A DNA stretch of 64,000 nucleotides. It comes from Eledone cirrhosa. Taxonomy: Eukaryota. The notes under the pieces are model-generated. The model had not been told where the DNA came from, did no database searches, and saw only the letters and a list, made by a program, of their open reading frames with translations. The translations under genes were made by a program, and so were the position numbers. Shown here in pieces: positions 41,905-56,024 of this stretch; position 1 is the first letter of the stretch, and each line of letters begins with the position of its first letter. The stretch covers positions 123,070,001 to 123,134,000 of the forward strand of contig OZ024743.1 in the NCBI GenBank assembly GCA_964016885.1, read 5' to 3'.

Positions 41905-43676
41905 ATATAGTTATGATAGTTCGTTCATAATTGCATCCCAGTTGGCATTGTAGAGATCCATGTTATCAAGTGGGTGGGTTGGAAAGAGGTCCCTGGGATT
42001 AGCTTTCGGCAAGTGGAATCTCAGGTTACAAAGAACCATGTCATGGTCTGAGAGAAGGATTTTTTCTACTGTAATATTATGGATAGTGTTAGTGTGGTTA
42101 CTAAACACTAGATCCAGAATGTTCTTCTAATGCCTTGATGGTGCAAGGACAAGTTGGGACAATAAAAACTCATTTATGAAGTCAAGAAGTGACTCGACTG
42201 CTTTTTGTCAGTGGTTGAGTTTGGGGTGCCTGGTTTCACACTGCTTGTAGACCAATCGACACAGGGTAGATTAAAGTCTCCCATCAAAAGTATGTTGCTA
42301 GAATGGCACTGTTTAATAAACATTTAATACCGTTGAGGCATTCTTTGAAGCAGATTATGGGTGTTTGTGGTGGCCTATAGAGCCCAACTAATGTCAGGTC
42401 ATTGGCTTTATTGTGCACAGTGACTGATTCTCAGTAGCCATTAGAGAATCTTGTGTTACCATCTGCTGTAAAGGAATCATGCAGGAAAATGGCAGTTCCA
42501 CCCTTCCTTCTGCCAACACGATCTGCACGGATGGTTGTGAAATTCCTCACTCTTACTTCGGTCTCCAAGTGGGAGTTGTCAAGGTGGGTCTCAGTAAGAA
42601 TGAAGAAGGAGATGTGAAATGGATGGTTACCAACCCAATCCTCAATGAATTGGATCTTCCATTTCTACGCATTGATGGATGGGCTGATACCTTGTGTATT
42701 GAGTAAAAATGTGGAGGCTAGTGTGGTGGCTGGTTTTGACTGTTTCAGGGGACTTGTTTTGAGATTGTGTGTTAGTGACAGCAAGGATTGTGTTGGGTGA
42801 TGGTTAAAATGTTTTTCTATATCTCTTTTGTCAGGTTCATGGCTAAGAAAGAAAAATGTTCTTGTTCAGGGAGCATTTTTTGATTGGATTTGTGATTACA
42901 CCATTGGATAGGGTTGCAGTTCCCTCTCTTGTTGTTGTTGTATTTGTTGTTGTAATCGTGTATTTGTGAAAAGACTGGAGCAGCATTACTTTTGTTGTTT
43001 TTGTTGTTGTAATTTTTGTAATCGTGTCTTTGTGAGAAGACTGGAGCAGCATTACTGCAGCAGGGGGTGGCTTTATTGTGGTTTGTGCGTTGGCATGCAG
43101 TCCCTTTTCTGTTCGTGCGCTGTGTCCCAGGAAGATGAGTGAAGGGATAGTCAGTCAGCAGACATAGCCTCTCACGTTGGGAATGTTGGCAGATTTTGGG
43201 ACTCCGACTTATGCGTGTGGGCAGCATGCTTTGGTGTTGGCTGGCAGTGTTAGTACGCCTAGTACCCGGTAAATGGGTAAATATACAGTCGCTACGTGTG
43301 CATAGCCTCTGAAGTAGTGAGTAGCGGCATGTTTTGAGGTTTCTAGTTTATGTAGTGGGGGCTGCATACGGCTCCATAGATTTTTTAAGAAGTTATTTTG
43401 ACTACAGCATGACTGTGGTGGTGATGTGGGGGGAAGAAAGCAGTGGTGGTGACGATGAAATATGATGACAACTGTGGTGGAGGCTATCAGAGTGGTGGGA
43501 GAGAAAGCAGTGGTCCATTACTAGCAGTTGATGTGGCAGAAGATGGTGACGGTGGTGATGGTGATGGCGATAATGATGGCTAAATAAGTGGTTGAGGGAT
43601 ACTGTCATTCAGTAACTCAGCTATTATGCTTGAATTCAGGACTGGTGGTGGTGGTGGTGGCTCCTAATTTTCTGGC

Positions 43677-43709
<33 letters not shown>

Positions 43710-44015
43710 GTTTGTCCATTGGAGTAAATATGTCGAAGTTTTTCAAAATGGTTTTGAATTAGTTTGAAAGAGACTTCTACATGTTTTAGTTTGTTGTGTA
43801 TCTGCTTAGCAGACCTCGTGGTAAATGTTTGAGCTGTTTTTTCAGCAGTCTCATTCAGACATGACGCGTTAATGTTTATTGTTTGGGACAGAGAAAACCA
43901 TGTGTTTATTAAGAGGTCAAATTTATTATCAGACCAATTTAGTCTGTTGTGGGTTTCCTTGTCAGTAGTCATTTTTTTTTCCTTGTGTGAGTTTTAGAGT
44001 TTGTAGGGGAAGCAC
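41905..44015 (-). mobile_element. 5' part of a CR1/L2-group LINE: ORF1 remnant plus APE endonuclease, no RT
   Basis: APE motifs LTETHL, GLYRPP, LLMGDFNLPCVDW, NILDLVFSN, LSDHDMV. Two upstream K.C..S..RLC....(C).FTHLPGT fingers. Confidence 0.75.
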
Positions 44016-44142
44016 GTGGTTACATATATATATAAACATATATGTACGGTCAGATAGGCTTTAAAGCTGTGTAGCTTGCTACTGACTTGGTAGAGAGCAA
44101 TATACATATATATATATATATATATACACACACCTATATATG

Positions 44143-44284
<142 letters not shown>

Positions 44285-45337
44285 TTTGAGTGTGTGTGTT
44301 TGGGAATAGCGAAAATGAAAGACCGATAGTCTTCATTAAATACATAATTACTTAAAGTAGACTTTCATTCGAAAAAATGCAGCAAAATCTGATATTTCCT
44401 TTTCTAAATAGAATTGTAGTATTTGCCAAAAGACAGCAAATTAGAAAGATGTAGTTATCACACCGTTTTCTACCTCCTGACCATTCTTTTGATATTATTC
44501 TGAAATATAAAAAGGATTTTCTAAGTGATCCAGGCAAATCACTTCTTAGAATACAATACTATTTTTAGATGGAGTACAGGCTGTATAAACTCTATTATAT
44601 ACTTTCAAATGTCTTCGTAATAAATAAGATAAAACGAAATCTGAAAGCTCGCTTAGTGATTTATTGTTTATATGGACATGTTTCAGCTTGATGTTTACCA
44701 TTGAATAGAACATTTGTTCAGCTCACTTAAATGGACGAACTATTGGCTAGATTTCGTTGTAAATAGCTCATTAGGCTATTTATCTGTGACCTTGAGTCAC
44801 TTGCGGTATGGTAGTAACATCTTTTTTTGTTTACGATAAAACACACTTTTGATAAATCGGAGGGTTCATATACGATTATATATGCCTCAATATATTCCCG
44901 CTCATTATTTTATTGATTTCTGAACTATGAACTCCGAAGGGCGTAGTAACAAACAAGATACCGTAAATCATCCAGTTCGGCAATGCGCCAATTCTTCTAC
45001 CCTATAAATCAAATCTTTTGAGGGAAATTAAGTAGGGTTTTTAGTTTGTACCTACCATTTTACTTGTTGAGATTGTTGCCATAAGTTTTGTATGCTTTAG
45101 CTTTAATAGTTGACTAAAACAGACAAGATCCAATATTATTTTCATGCTTGCTGGCTTTTTTCCATGACAGGGGGGATGAAGCAATTTAAGGATTACGGAT
45201 GTCATCCCCATCCCCACACAAGGGATCGAAAAGTATCAACTAATTGGTCCTGGGTCTAAAGAGGGTACATATATATATATATATATATATAAGCAATGAG
45301 TTATTTAAATATGTCACTATCTGAAAAACAACTTTTA

Positions 45338-45397
45338 TATTTTATCTGAAGAGTGTACCAAAAATGTTGGTACCCTTGAAATATATATAATAAAATA
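45338..45397 (+). ncRNA. Type I hammerhead ribozyme motif (family G, copy 2)
   Basis: tattttat CTGAAGA gtgtacca...tggtaccctt GAAA tatata TA ataaaata. Confidence 0.75.
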
Positions 45398-45428
45398 AAT
45401 ATGGTTTTATAAAGATAGTTTCCATTTA

Positions 45429-45496
<68 letters not shown>

Positions 45497-45504
45497 TTAT
45501 ACAG

Positions 45505-45596
<92 letters not shown>

Positions 45597-45624
45597 TTAT
45601 ATATATTTGTAATATATTTATACA

Positions 45625-45666
<42 letters not shown>

Positions 45667-46169
45667 TGTATAAATTTATAATGTGCATATGAAAACATAT
45701 TAACATATCTTATACAATAAATATATGGGTAGTCCCGCTGCCCAAATCAATAATTTTTTCGTGACCAGATGAAACTAAACGAAAAAATATTAACCGAAAC
45801 ATTGAATATAACGTACTATATGCAGATGACCATTTTCAGCCGAAATTTTCTATTCGCTATATGCAAATGAACATCACCAGCAAGAGATCATCACGCAAAT
45901 TCTTATATAGACTATAGTCTATTTCATGCCAACGCTTTTTGAGTGAGTGTTACTGATAAAAGATTAACAAATCTTGAAACAGCGCTGTCTAACATTTTCA
46001 AAACATACTGTTGACTCTGATATATTCATAGAAGAAATTAGAGCAAAACAATATTCTTTTTGCTTCGTTTTGTTACGAAAACATATTTTTCTTCGGCAGC
46101 GAGACTACCCATATGTTGATTGTACATGAATGTATTATTTATGTTTATATATGCTTTCATATTTGTGGT

Positions 46170-46465
46170 AGCGGTACTCAGTTGGTTACGACGACGAGCG
46201 TTCCAGTTGATTACGATCAATGGAACAGCCTGCTCGTGAAGTTAACATGCAAGTGGCTGAACATGCCACAAACTCGTGTACCCTTAACGTTGTTCTCAGG
46301 GAGATTCAGTGTGACACAGAATGTGACAAACTGGCCCTTCGAATTACAGGTGCAACTCATTTTTTGCCAGCTGAGTAGACTGGAGAAACCTGAAATAAAG
46401 TGTCTTCCTCAAGGACGTAGCGATCATGACCTTACGATCGTGAGCCTAACCTCAAAGCTACGCAC
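46170..46465 (-). mobile_element. SINE family 3 copy
   Basis: gtccttgaggaagacactttatttc...cagctggcaaaaa...cctgtaattcgaagggccag. Homologous to 30620-30790. Confidence 0.6.
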
Positions 46466-46684
46466 CATTACACATGCTTTTATATACGCCTCTATTAAAT
46501 GCTGTCTTAGTGTTGAAAATCTTCAATGAGGCGAAATCTATAAGTATTGACTTTTAACCATTACCAGCTGAATAATGAAAGAATTATGGAATATAAACCA
46601 CCGAATACATACCAATACTCAAATTATATTCTAATGTTTTAAGTACATTAGGTTGGAAGATTGGAAGATTTGTTTGAGCTTCGG

Positions 46685-46866
46685 ATAAAATGCTATTATA
46701 ATATTTTGTCTATCTCTTTACATTCTGAGTTAAAATCCTGCCGAGGTCAACTTTGCCTTTTATCCTTCCAGGATCGATAATAAAATACCACTCAGTTACT
46801 ACGTTGATTCAATCTATTTTGACTTTCTTCTAAATTTGCAGGCCTTGTACTAAATTAGAAACCAAT
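46685..46866 (+). mobile_element. SINE family 1, diverged copy
   Basis: ctgagttaaaatcctgccgaggtcaactttgccttttatcc...ggccttgt..aaattagaaacc. Confidence 0.7.
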
Positions 46867-47628
46867 ATTCTAAGCACGTCACCTCTTCCCTACGAAATCG
46901 GATGAACAAACATTTTTGTTGACTTTTGTATGAGTGACCGTGCATACAATCGAAAGGATTGCAATTTCAGGAAAAGGAAATTACTAATTAATCGTTTGGG
47001 AGCCATCCATTTTATAAACTGATTATATATTTTTTCTATTAACGAACATTTTAATTAATAATGGTAGAAAAATTTTCCCGGAACAATATTTTTTGATAAA
47101 ATAATGATTAATTAATAAATCTTTCATACATCAATGAATCATTTTTTTGATAGATTTAAAACCTTGATTTTATTTGCTGTTCCTAATCGTACTGCCTTTC
47201 TTTCGGAACTTAAATCTTTCTCTGTTTCTGTCTTTTCATAATTTGCAATCCATTCGTAATGCATCACGTGGTCTTACTTGGATTTACTCCAATCAGAACA
47301 AATAAAAAATGCATTATTTTCTGGTGGTGATTAATATTTATGACAATAACGATGATAATAATGTTAATGTTGAAGACAATGGTGATGATAATAACGGTAA
47401 TGACAGTAATACACCGAGTTGTGGAGGGGGTAATTATCGTGGTCATCGAAGAAGTAGTGTATGGTGATAGCAGTGGTGGTAGTGATGATGTTGTTGTTAC
47501 TGCTGTCAAGTAGTTGACAAGAGAACCATAAAATATTATTTACAATTAATAAACTTTTATTGTGGAATAGCTGAATTGTTTCCTAATTTCCTAATATGTC
47601 TCTCTCTCTCACACTCTCTCTCACTCAC

Positions 47629-47727
<99 letters not shown>

Positions 47728-47810
47728 ATGTGTGTTGTGTGTATATATATATATATATACTTATAATACTTACACACGCACACACACGAGCACACACACA
47801 AACACACATG

Positions 47811-49375
47811 TGCGTGTGTGTATAGTGTTTGATGTGTGTTCGCGTTTGGGTGATTGTGTTTTGGTTATTGTATTCTATCTTAGTTTACTAGTGTGTATTT
47901 AAATGTGCTTGTTGTTATTGTGGTTGTGTATATATTTATTTATATTTCTCTTAGCTCTTATTTATATTTCTCAGCAATGTCCAGTAGTGCTAAGTTTAAT
48001 ATACTGATCGCAGACTTGGTACGAGTGATGAAGAACGTGTCCCGCATGTGCGACCCAACAGAAATGGAAAGACACATCCAACACTTCATCAACCGCATGC
48101 AGTTCTCTGGCTACAACCAAAGGGACAGAATCAGAGTATACGAAGGAGCCACGGAGAAGTATAAGACCCTCATAGAACTGGACATGAAAGGAATTTTCCA
48201 ATTATACAGGAATCATGAAATAGCTTAGATATGACTAAACATAAGATAGGGAAAGCCACCTCATGGTACGACAACCAGAGACACCAGAGTTTCATGTTCG
48301 TGGACGCTACCCCTGAAGGGAAATTAGCTAACCAGTGTAGAAAGGCCCTGAGAAAGACCCACTTAAAGATTAAAGTGGTAGAAAAGCCAGGAACCACCAT
48401 AACATCCCTGATCAGCAAAACATACCCTTTTAAGAAAACCCACTGTACTAATAGGAAATGTATTATATGTAAAGTAAACCCCCGGATAAACTGTAAAACT
48501 AGAAACGTAGTCTATAGCATAAGATGTACAGAGGCTACTTGCAGAAACATGACAACAACATACATAGGCGAGACAGCTCGTAACATAGGTGAAAGGATAG
48601 ACCAACACTGGGGGGAACTAAAAGGAAGAAAAAACGGTTCAGTACTATACGAACATGCCAGGCAACAACACGACGGTAACATAGACAACATAGAAATTAA
48701 AATATCTAAACATAGAAATGACCCAGCAGATAGGCAAATCAGAGAGGCCAGTGAAATAGAACTTAGAAGGCCAAAGCTAAACAGAAAAAATGAATGGAAT
48801 AACAACACCCAAACAAACAATACTGTCCTAAGAGAAATATAAATAAATAAGTAAATATATACACAACCACAATAACAACAAACACATATAAACACACACT
48901 AGTAAACTAAGATAGAATACAATAACCAAAACACAGTCACCCAAACGCGAACAGACATCAAACACTATACACACACGCAAACGCATGCGCAAAGAAGACA
49001 AAAATAAATAAATAAATAAATAAACAGATTAAATAAAGATGGCGTAGACATACAATACAACAGGAGGAAACATAATAGCACCACTGACAATGTTGCAGAT
49101 GTGCAACGAAAGAACTTTGTTAGACTATATATATGTATTTGTGTCTATATTATATCTGAATTTTTTACCGTTGGTCAGTCAATGGTAACATTGAGGACCG
49201 AATAAATTAACTGATATAAAAGATACAGAAGCGAAAACCAATCAAACAGTGAGTGTGTTCTGTTATTAATTCTGGCAATATTATTATAACAATATGACCC
49301 TCCCCAAGTATAACAATATTTGTTTCGACACACGATTTCATATCAAAAACCTCGCAAGTCAAATTCATCGCCGTC

Positions 49376-49378
<3 letters not shown>
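47811..49378 (+). mobile_element. 5'-truncated Penelope-like element: RT C-terminus/linker plus GIY-YIG endonuclease (48231-48842), inverted 5' copy of its 3' UTR, and HHR-like motif
   Basis: RMQFSGY; FVDATPEG; KVVEKPG; C....C..C...C..NVVYSIRC...YIGETAR...R..QH...EA.EI...PKLN. 47811-47954 is the inverse of 48828-48979. CTGACAA tgttgca-gatg-tgcaac GAAA at 49084. One frameshift near 48230. Confidence 0.9.
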
Positions 49379-49407
<29 letters not shown>

Positions 49408-49524
49408 AGCTATATATGTATATATATATATATAATGAAAAATTGAACAGGGACAGAACAGAGAGGCAGTACGATAAATGTTTATTAAATTCACGCTCAG
49501 GAGAGTGGGGGGTAGGTGGGGGAC

Positions 49525-50400
49525 AATGATAAATAACAATAAACTATATAAAAATAAAACAATTGAAATCCCGATTATCTAACGCTAGTGCGGGGTTGTT
49601 TTACACCCCGTGGATAGAACAACCCTCAACAAACACCAGGAACACGTTTTGTCTTCCCTCTGTTTATCTTCCTCAACCTACAGGTTTATATACAGAGAAG
49701 GCCCATTCACCCGGGCCATTGTCGCCACATTCACCCACCGTTCAGCGAATTTACTGGGATGTAGCACCTCTCTCTCCACTCTCACCTTCCTTCTGAAGTG
49801 GTACTTAAAGAAGGGGATGAGTTGTTGTCCGGAGAGAAGGGTGCTTGCCCTCAGTCCTTTTAACTTCGTCCACCATATTACCTCTTTCGCCATAGCAACC
49901 AGACAGAGGAAGACCGCCTCTCCTTCATTCTTAAATGAAGGCGGCGGGGTGATCCTCACGATAGACTCGGCTGACAACTGGATATGTCCCACACGTGACA
50001 GTAGCTGTTCGACATAATTCCACAGGTCGGTCACCCCTGGGCTCTGAACAATTGCCTGCAGAACGGTTTCGATGTCCTGCTCGCATCTTAGACAGGTCCT
50101 TTTGGCAGGATCTCTGCCAGGGCGTCCGTGCCTGTAGATTTTGTCTCGAACTGGTAGAGCTTCTCGGTAGCACTGCCAGTCCAGAGACCTCTGGAAGTTA
50201 TCCATAGGCCCTGGACGGAAAGTCCTCTCGAACAGACTGGTCAGTTCGTTTTCCTCGATGCCTAGTGTTTCCCCGAGAACGTCGTCGCACTTATCCTCCA
50301 CTAACCCCTTATAGAATGTCGAGGTGGAGTCTCCGCTAATTGCCGTTTCCGCTTGGTAGAGGGCTGTGAGCGACTGAAGGCACTCGAGGTGCCAGGCTAG
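49525..50400 (-). mobile_element. L1/Tx1-group LINE 3' fragment (zf-RVT region and 3' UTR)
   Basis: WQCYREALPVRDKIYRHG...CLRCEQDIETVLQA...W, typical of the L1/Tx1 C-terminus. Confidence 0.75.
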
Positions 50401-50456
50401 AAATATAGATAGTTTGATAGATCGAACACGCACACGCTTACCAACACACAAATGTG

Positions 50457-50511
<55 letters not shown>

Positions 50512-51175
50512 TATATATACTTTTACTTAGTTTCCGTCATTTGACATACGCTCATGCTTATAGGAATTTAGTTGACTACACAGAACCATAGTACTTATCT
50601 TTCAAGTTTATTGAAATGCTAGGCTGCTCGACAAAACAGAGCCAGACGTAAACGTAAACACAAACAAGGCCACATGCACATGCACAATCTTAAATATATA
50701 TTTATATATGTGTGTGCGTGTGTGTGTGTGTGTTTGTGGTTGTTTGCGTGTGTGTGTGTTCATATACATCAGGATGGATTCATATTGAAACTGGTTAGAC
50801 CATTACTCAACAGAGTACTCGATCATTGGGGTAGTAGGGTATGGTTATATTATAAAGAATCGGGAGCTGACGGCTGAGGTCACACCGTTTCAACAGCTAG
50901 TTACAGATTAATTGACCAAGGGCTTGAATGTTTACTGGCTGTATCCTCAGGGGTGTGGTTTGTCCAAATAAGGGCATACATTATTTATCCAATAGTAAAT
51001 TCTCTTCATATAAGCGTTAATTTTGTTTTAAGGGTTACGGGGTGGGTAGTGAGTTTGTATATGCAGGTGTGCGTCTATGTGTGCATCCGAGTGTATCAGC
51101 CTGGTCAGCCTGAGAATAATAGTGGAGAAAATATATAGTAGGATGTGTGTGTGTGTATGTGTGTGTGTGTGTGTA

Positions 51176-51393
<218 letters not shown>

Positions 51394-51799
51394 AGACATA
51401 GTTATCGTGCACCTTCAGACAACAGGACTATAGAATTGGCGTCAGAGTTAGCAGCAGATCGTCCTACTCAAAGAATTGTCCCTATTTACTGATAGTCAAA
51501 TTAAATGTATCTGTCAACGAAGTAACAACTTATTTGTTAGTTATCTGATAAATAAAACAAGAAACAACCAACCGGTGCTATTAATATAAAATCTAGTTGA
51601 TATTTGGGTTCAAGTTTATTTACTAGTAACTAAGCTAGGCCTTAAATTACCTTAAATTACAGTTAGGAGTAGAAATTTGATTTATGTAAAATATTCAGAT
51701 TTCTTGGTATTATAGAGTTTGTGGTGAGGATTATATTTCATGTATTTATAGTGGAATAGGTGAAGTGGGTGATTACTATTTATTATGCAATGTAATGGC

Positions 51800-52566
51800 A
51801 CGATATTTCTTTTAGGGGTCTATATTTGTTCCAATGGGGGTCATGTGGCTGTCCGTGTACAATTAGGTATTGATATTTCTGTAATGCAATGCTAGGATGG
51901 GTGTTGACGTTTTAATGCCTCATGCGGTTAACCGATGTGGGCTTTGTTGGTTTGTTCCGTCGTGACATTGCACTTGTAAACGGGGTTCCATTGCCGGCAT
52001 TTGTTGTTTAAAGGACAATGTGTTTTGTACATTGCTTATATTTCTCCTCACTGAGGTGAATGGGGTCAGTATTAGATTTGAAGTTAGCAGTGTTTGAGGA
52101 TGCGGTGATTTGTGCGAAGTTATGTGTGGTGCTGTAAGAAAATTTGATTGTGTTTTTATTAAAAATGTTGTGATATAGATCGTGTGAAGGGAAGAGTTTA
52201 ATGTGAAGTTTGAAGAAAACCTTCCCTATTGGTTTGGTGACTTCAGCTGTGTGAGGAGGATTAAACCACGTTATGATGCGTGAGCGTTGGCTCCACCTGC
52301 TAGTTTTACTAATGGAGCTTGGGTATCAGGTAAGTTCTTCCTTAAATCCGGGTTTTTTTAAGGGACTGGTTGTACAGTGGTTCATGTTCCTGGAAGACCT
52401 GCTCGTTAGCAGAGAGGCGTGATATACAGAGGGAGATATTCTTTAACAAATGTTTAGTTATATTCCTTGGGTGGTTTGAGTATCGGTGGATGTAATCTAA
52501 GTTTTCATTGGGATTTCGAAAGGGGTAGTGTAGTTGGTTCTCCAAGTTAAGAGTTGTGTCCAACAA
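51800..52566 (-). mobile_element. Decayed PLE fragment (RT thumb, linker, start of GIY-YIG)
   Basis: LDTTLNL...YIHRYSNHP...ISRLS; ITWFNPPH...IGKVF...IFNKNTIKFSYS; CPLNNKC...VYKC. Confidence 0.85.
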
Positions 52567-52994
52567 GGTACAGGTGAAGAAGTTAGGCTACCAAATTTCA
52601 CTCTAATAGCATTGATGAAACTCAGACTTTAGTAGATGCGCAAGTTGCCATGCAATTCATTTACTTGTCATTAAATTGCAAGTCATGCTGGAGTACCACG
52701 GTGAAATGATTTATTCGTAAATATGGAACCTAGTGCGGTAATTATTTTAATTATCACCATTTGTTGACTAGCTAAAATTAAAAGATAAGAACAACCAGTA
52801 AACGTAATCACACTAACATACATACATATTTCTATATGACGGGCTCCCGTACAGTTTCCGTAAAACTAATTTCAATGTATTGGTCAACTCTAATTTATAA
52901 TGAAACCAAGCGGTTGCTAAATGAACTGCTTAAGCCCACAGTTATATGTTTTAACACACCTGCATATAGGTTTCTTAGCTTTGTACGGACGTAT

Positions 52995-53053
<59 letters not shown>

Positions 53054-53390
53054 TACACACACACAAACAAACACATACACACATGATTACGCACGTGCAC
53101 AAGTATAGCTCTTTTTACAAAACGGTTTTTTTTCCATTTCATCCACTTTTCTAAAAAAATAATCATACACAAAACTCCAGCACCAACAGTTTTGCAAGAG
53201 ATGTCAATATGAATGGAGCTGTTATTTTTATCTAAAGACATTTTTTCCAATTCCATCTCTCACGTCCCCTCAATCTATTTTATTTCCGAAACGCTAAGAC
53301 CTTCTTCCTGCTATATCAAGCGTTAACCTAATATATCCCTTCCATATACTGTACCGATTGTGTTGTTATTTCTGTTTAACTTTTACATGC

Positions 53391-53423
<33 letters not shown>

Positions 53424-53472
53424 TATATATATGTATATATATATATATATATATGTATATAAACACGATGGT

Positions 53473-53577
<105 letters not shown>

Positions 53578-53735
53578 GTTTCGTTGACAAGTAGAATCAA
53601 TGTGCACAGACACGCAGATATATTTCCCTTGGTATGACAGTGAGGGTTTACCTCAATGTAGGATAACTAGTATACTACAGAGCCGTTATAAGTTTAGGAA
53701 TAACCAAAGTGTGCTTAGAAATACATTGTTTTATT

Positions 53736-53782
53736 AGCTAACATTGTTTCATACATACCCTATGGCAGGAATCATCAGAGCC
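53736..53782 (-). ncRNA. Type I hammerhead ribozyme motif
   Basis: ggct CTGATGA ttcctgcc-atag-ggtatgtat GAAAC aat GTT agct, immediately followed by AATAAA. Confidence 0.7.
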
Positions 53783-54717
53783 TATAAACAAGAGTATATC
53801 AAAAGTTGCAGGCTCCATGAAGCTCAGTCACAGAACAAGGTTAAGGGACCAGTAGGGGGATCCCAAGGCCAGCGCTATATAGAAACAGACACAATACATG
53901 ACGCACATAATGTCATAAAATGTCATAAAAAATCACCATAAAATGTCATAAAAAAAATCACATCAAAAATTTATCACATAATTTGTGCGATAGATGATAC
54001 GGAGGTTTGGAGAGGGTAGCAAGAAAAGGGTGAAGGTGTTACTCAGCATGATCAAAAACAACAAAAAAACACAAAAAAAACAAAAAAAACCCACAAAAAA
54101 CAAAAACAAAACAAAAACAAAGCAAAGCATATATACATCAATTCATAAGCAGTGCAAATACAGGATGTACAGGCAGATTAAGAGAGCTTGAAAGCATGAG
54201 TCCGTGATAAGAATAGTTGGTTAGCGGTGGTGTAGCATTACATGTAGGATTGTCTATAGGAAGGATGGTGTACTCCAGTTATATCGCCTTGTACCTCTTG
54301 CTTTCATTCACTCCCTCTGCTGGTCACACTCTCTCGGCTGGCCTCTTCCTCACACTTTCACTCACTCACTCTCTGCTGCTCCCCTCTCTCACTTCCTCCC
54401 GTCTGACCTGTGTGAAATCCTTTTCTCGCTCACATTTCGCAGGGTTCGGACGCGTCTGCCGTCTTCTCGTCGTTGATTTGGTCGAACTTAAGTTCACATG
54501 TATCATTGACTTGTCTCTCATTTCCTCTCTTTACGTTGCATTACTATTTTGTTTGTTTACTGTCCCTCTTTCTCCACCCAATTTGCTCTGTCCTAATAGC
54601 TTATTTTAGTTATTGCTCGCACTGATTTTGAGGTATGTGGTCTTTAATGCGAAGAAATATCGATGATAGTTAGAAAATCACTGATGATGGACAGTCCCGT
54701 TTCTAGGTATATTTTTC

Positions 54718-54765
<48 letters not shown>

Positions 54766-54771
<6 letters not shown>

Positions 54772-55190
54772 ATACTTTGGGAGGGTTATGTTGCCAATAA
54801 GAAACACACGCACTAGTTGCTTTCACTCCAATTTATCATAAATTAAATTTATAAATTTAAGAAATTTGTAAATTCCGGTTGGTTGGTCGGTTCCACAACC
54901 GGACGGGTGTTCATATATTGTCAAAGTTCTTTCGTCACACATTCTGTGACCTCAGACACAGAATGTGTGACGAAAGATCTTTGACAATATATAAACAACC
55001 ATCTGGTTGTGGAACCAACCAACCAACCGGAAATTTATAAATTCCTAACTTTAGAAATTTATTATAATAAATTGAAGTGAAACATCTGGTGCGTGTGTTT
55101 CTTATTGGCAACATGACCCACCCAAAGTATAACAATATCGGTTTCAACACACGTTTTCAGATAAAGAATCTTGCTAAACAAATTCAGAAA
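54766..55190. repeat. Imperfect palindrome with ~185-bp arms, related to the 3' end of the 47.8-49.4 kb Penelope
   Basis: Centre near 54950. atgacccacccaaagtataacaatatcggtttcaacacacg matches 49293-49333. Confidence 0.85.
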
Positions 55191-55244
55191 CGAATTATAT
55201 ATATATATATACATATATAAATATATACATATATATATATATTT

Positions 55245-55500
55245 TTTCATTACCACTAAAAGGGTCTGACAAGCCGTGGATTGCAGAGTCGGGCTAGATC
55301 GATAGAGATCGAACCTTGAGCTGACCGGTGGCGAAACGCGCGTCACGAACCAATAAACGTAATGAAGGAGTAACCACTCCTCCTTGTTTTATTTTACTAT
55401 ACTACACTCTGTCTAGATTTACACCTCGATACAGAAGTGAACCTAAACATCGAGTGCTCACCCGGGTGAACTTATAGTAACTCCGCGTTACACTTCCTGG
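55245..55500 (+). mobile_element. Family D pLTR copy; HHR at 55263-55347 with mutated core (CTGACAA)
   Basis: Reverse-complement homolog of 38371-38625, flanked by (TA)n. Confidence 0.8.
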
Positions 55501-55507
55501 ATATATT

Positions 55508-55549
<42 letters not shown>

Positions 55550-55912
55550 TGTGTGTATAAAAAGTAAGTGCTATGTTCTGTTTTATGTACACACACCTAC
55601 ACATACTTACTTACAAATACATATATAATCATATACATAATGGTAGAATGAGAAATAGGTTGCGCATGAGCCTTAGTGAATGGATTAGATACAAGATAAG
55701 ATATCTGTAGTTTTATGTGTATTTCAGTTTGTAACTATATTCTATACAATAACCATAGCAATGGGAAACCATCCAAGAAGTTTATGGTGCATCATCTTAT
55801 CTCCAAAGTAATAGGCCGTATGTCAATAATTATGTCGCTAATTTTGTCCCTTTGCAGTCTTCTCTCTCAATCTGTTCTCTCTTTTGTGTTTTATACACAC
55901 ACAAACATTTGT

Positions 55913-56017
<105 letters not shown>

Positions 56018-56024
56018 ATATATA

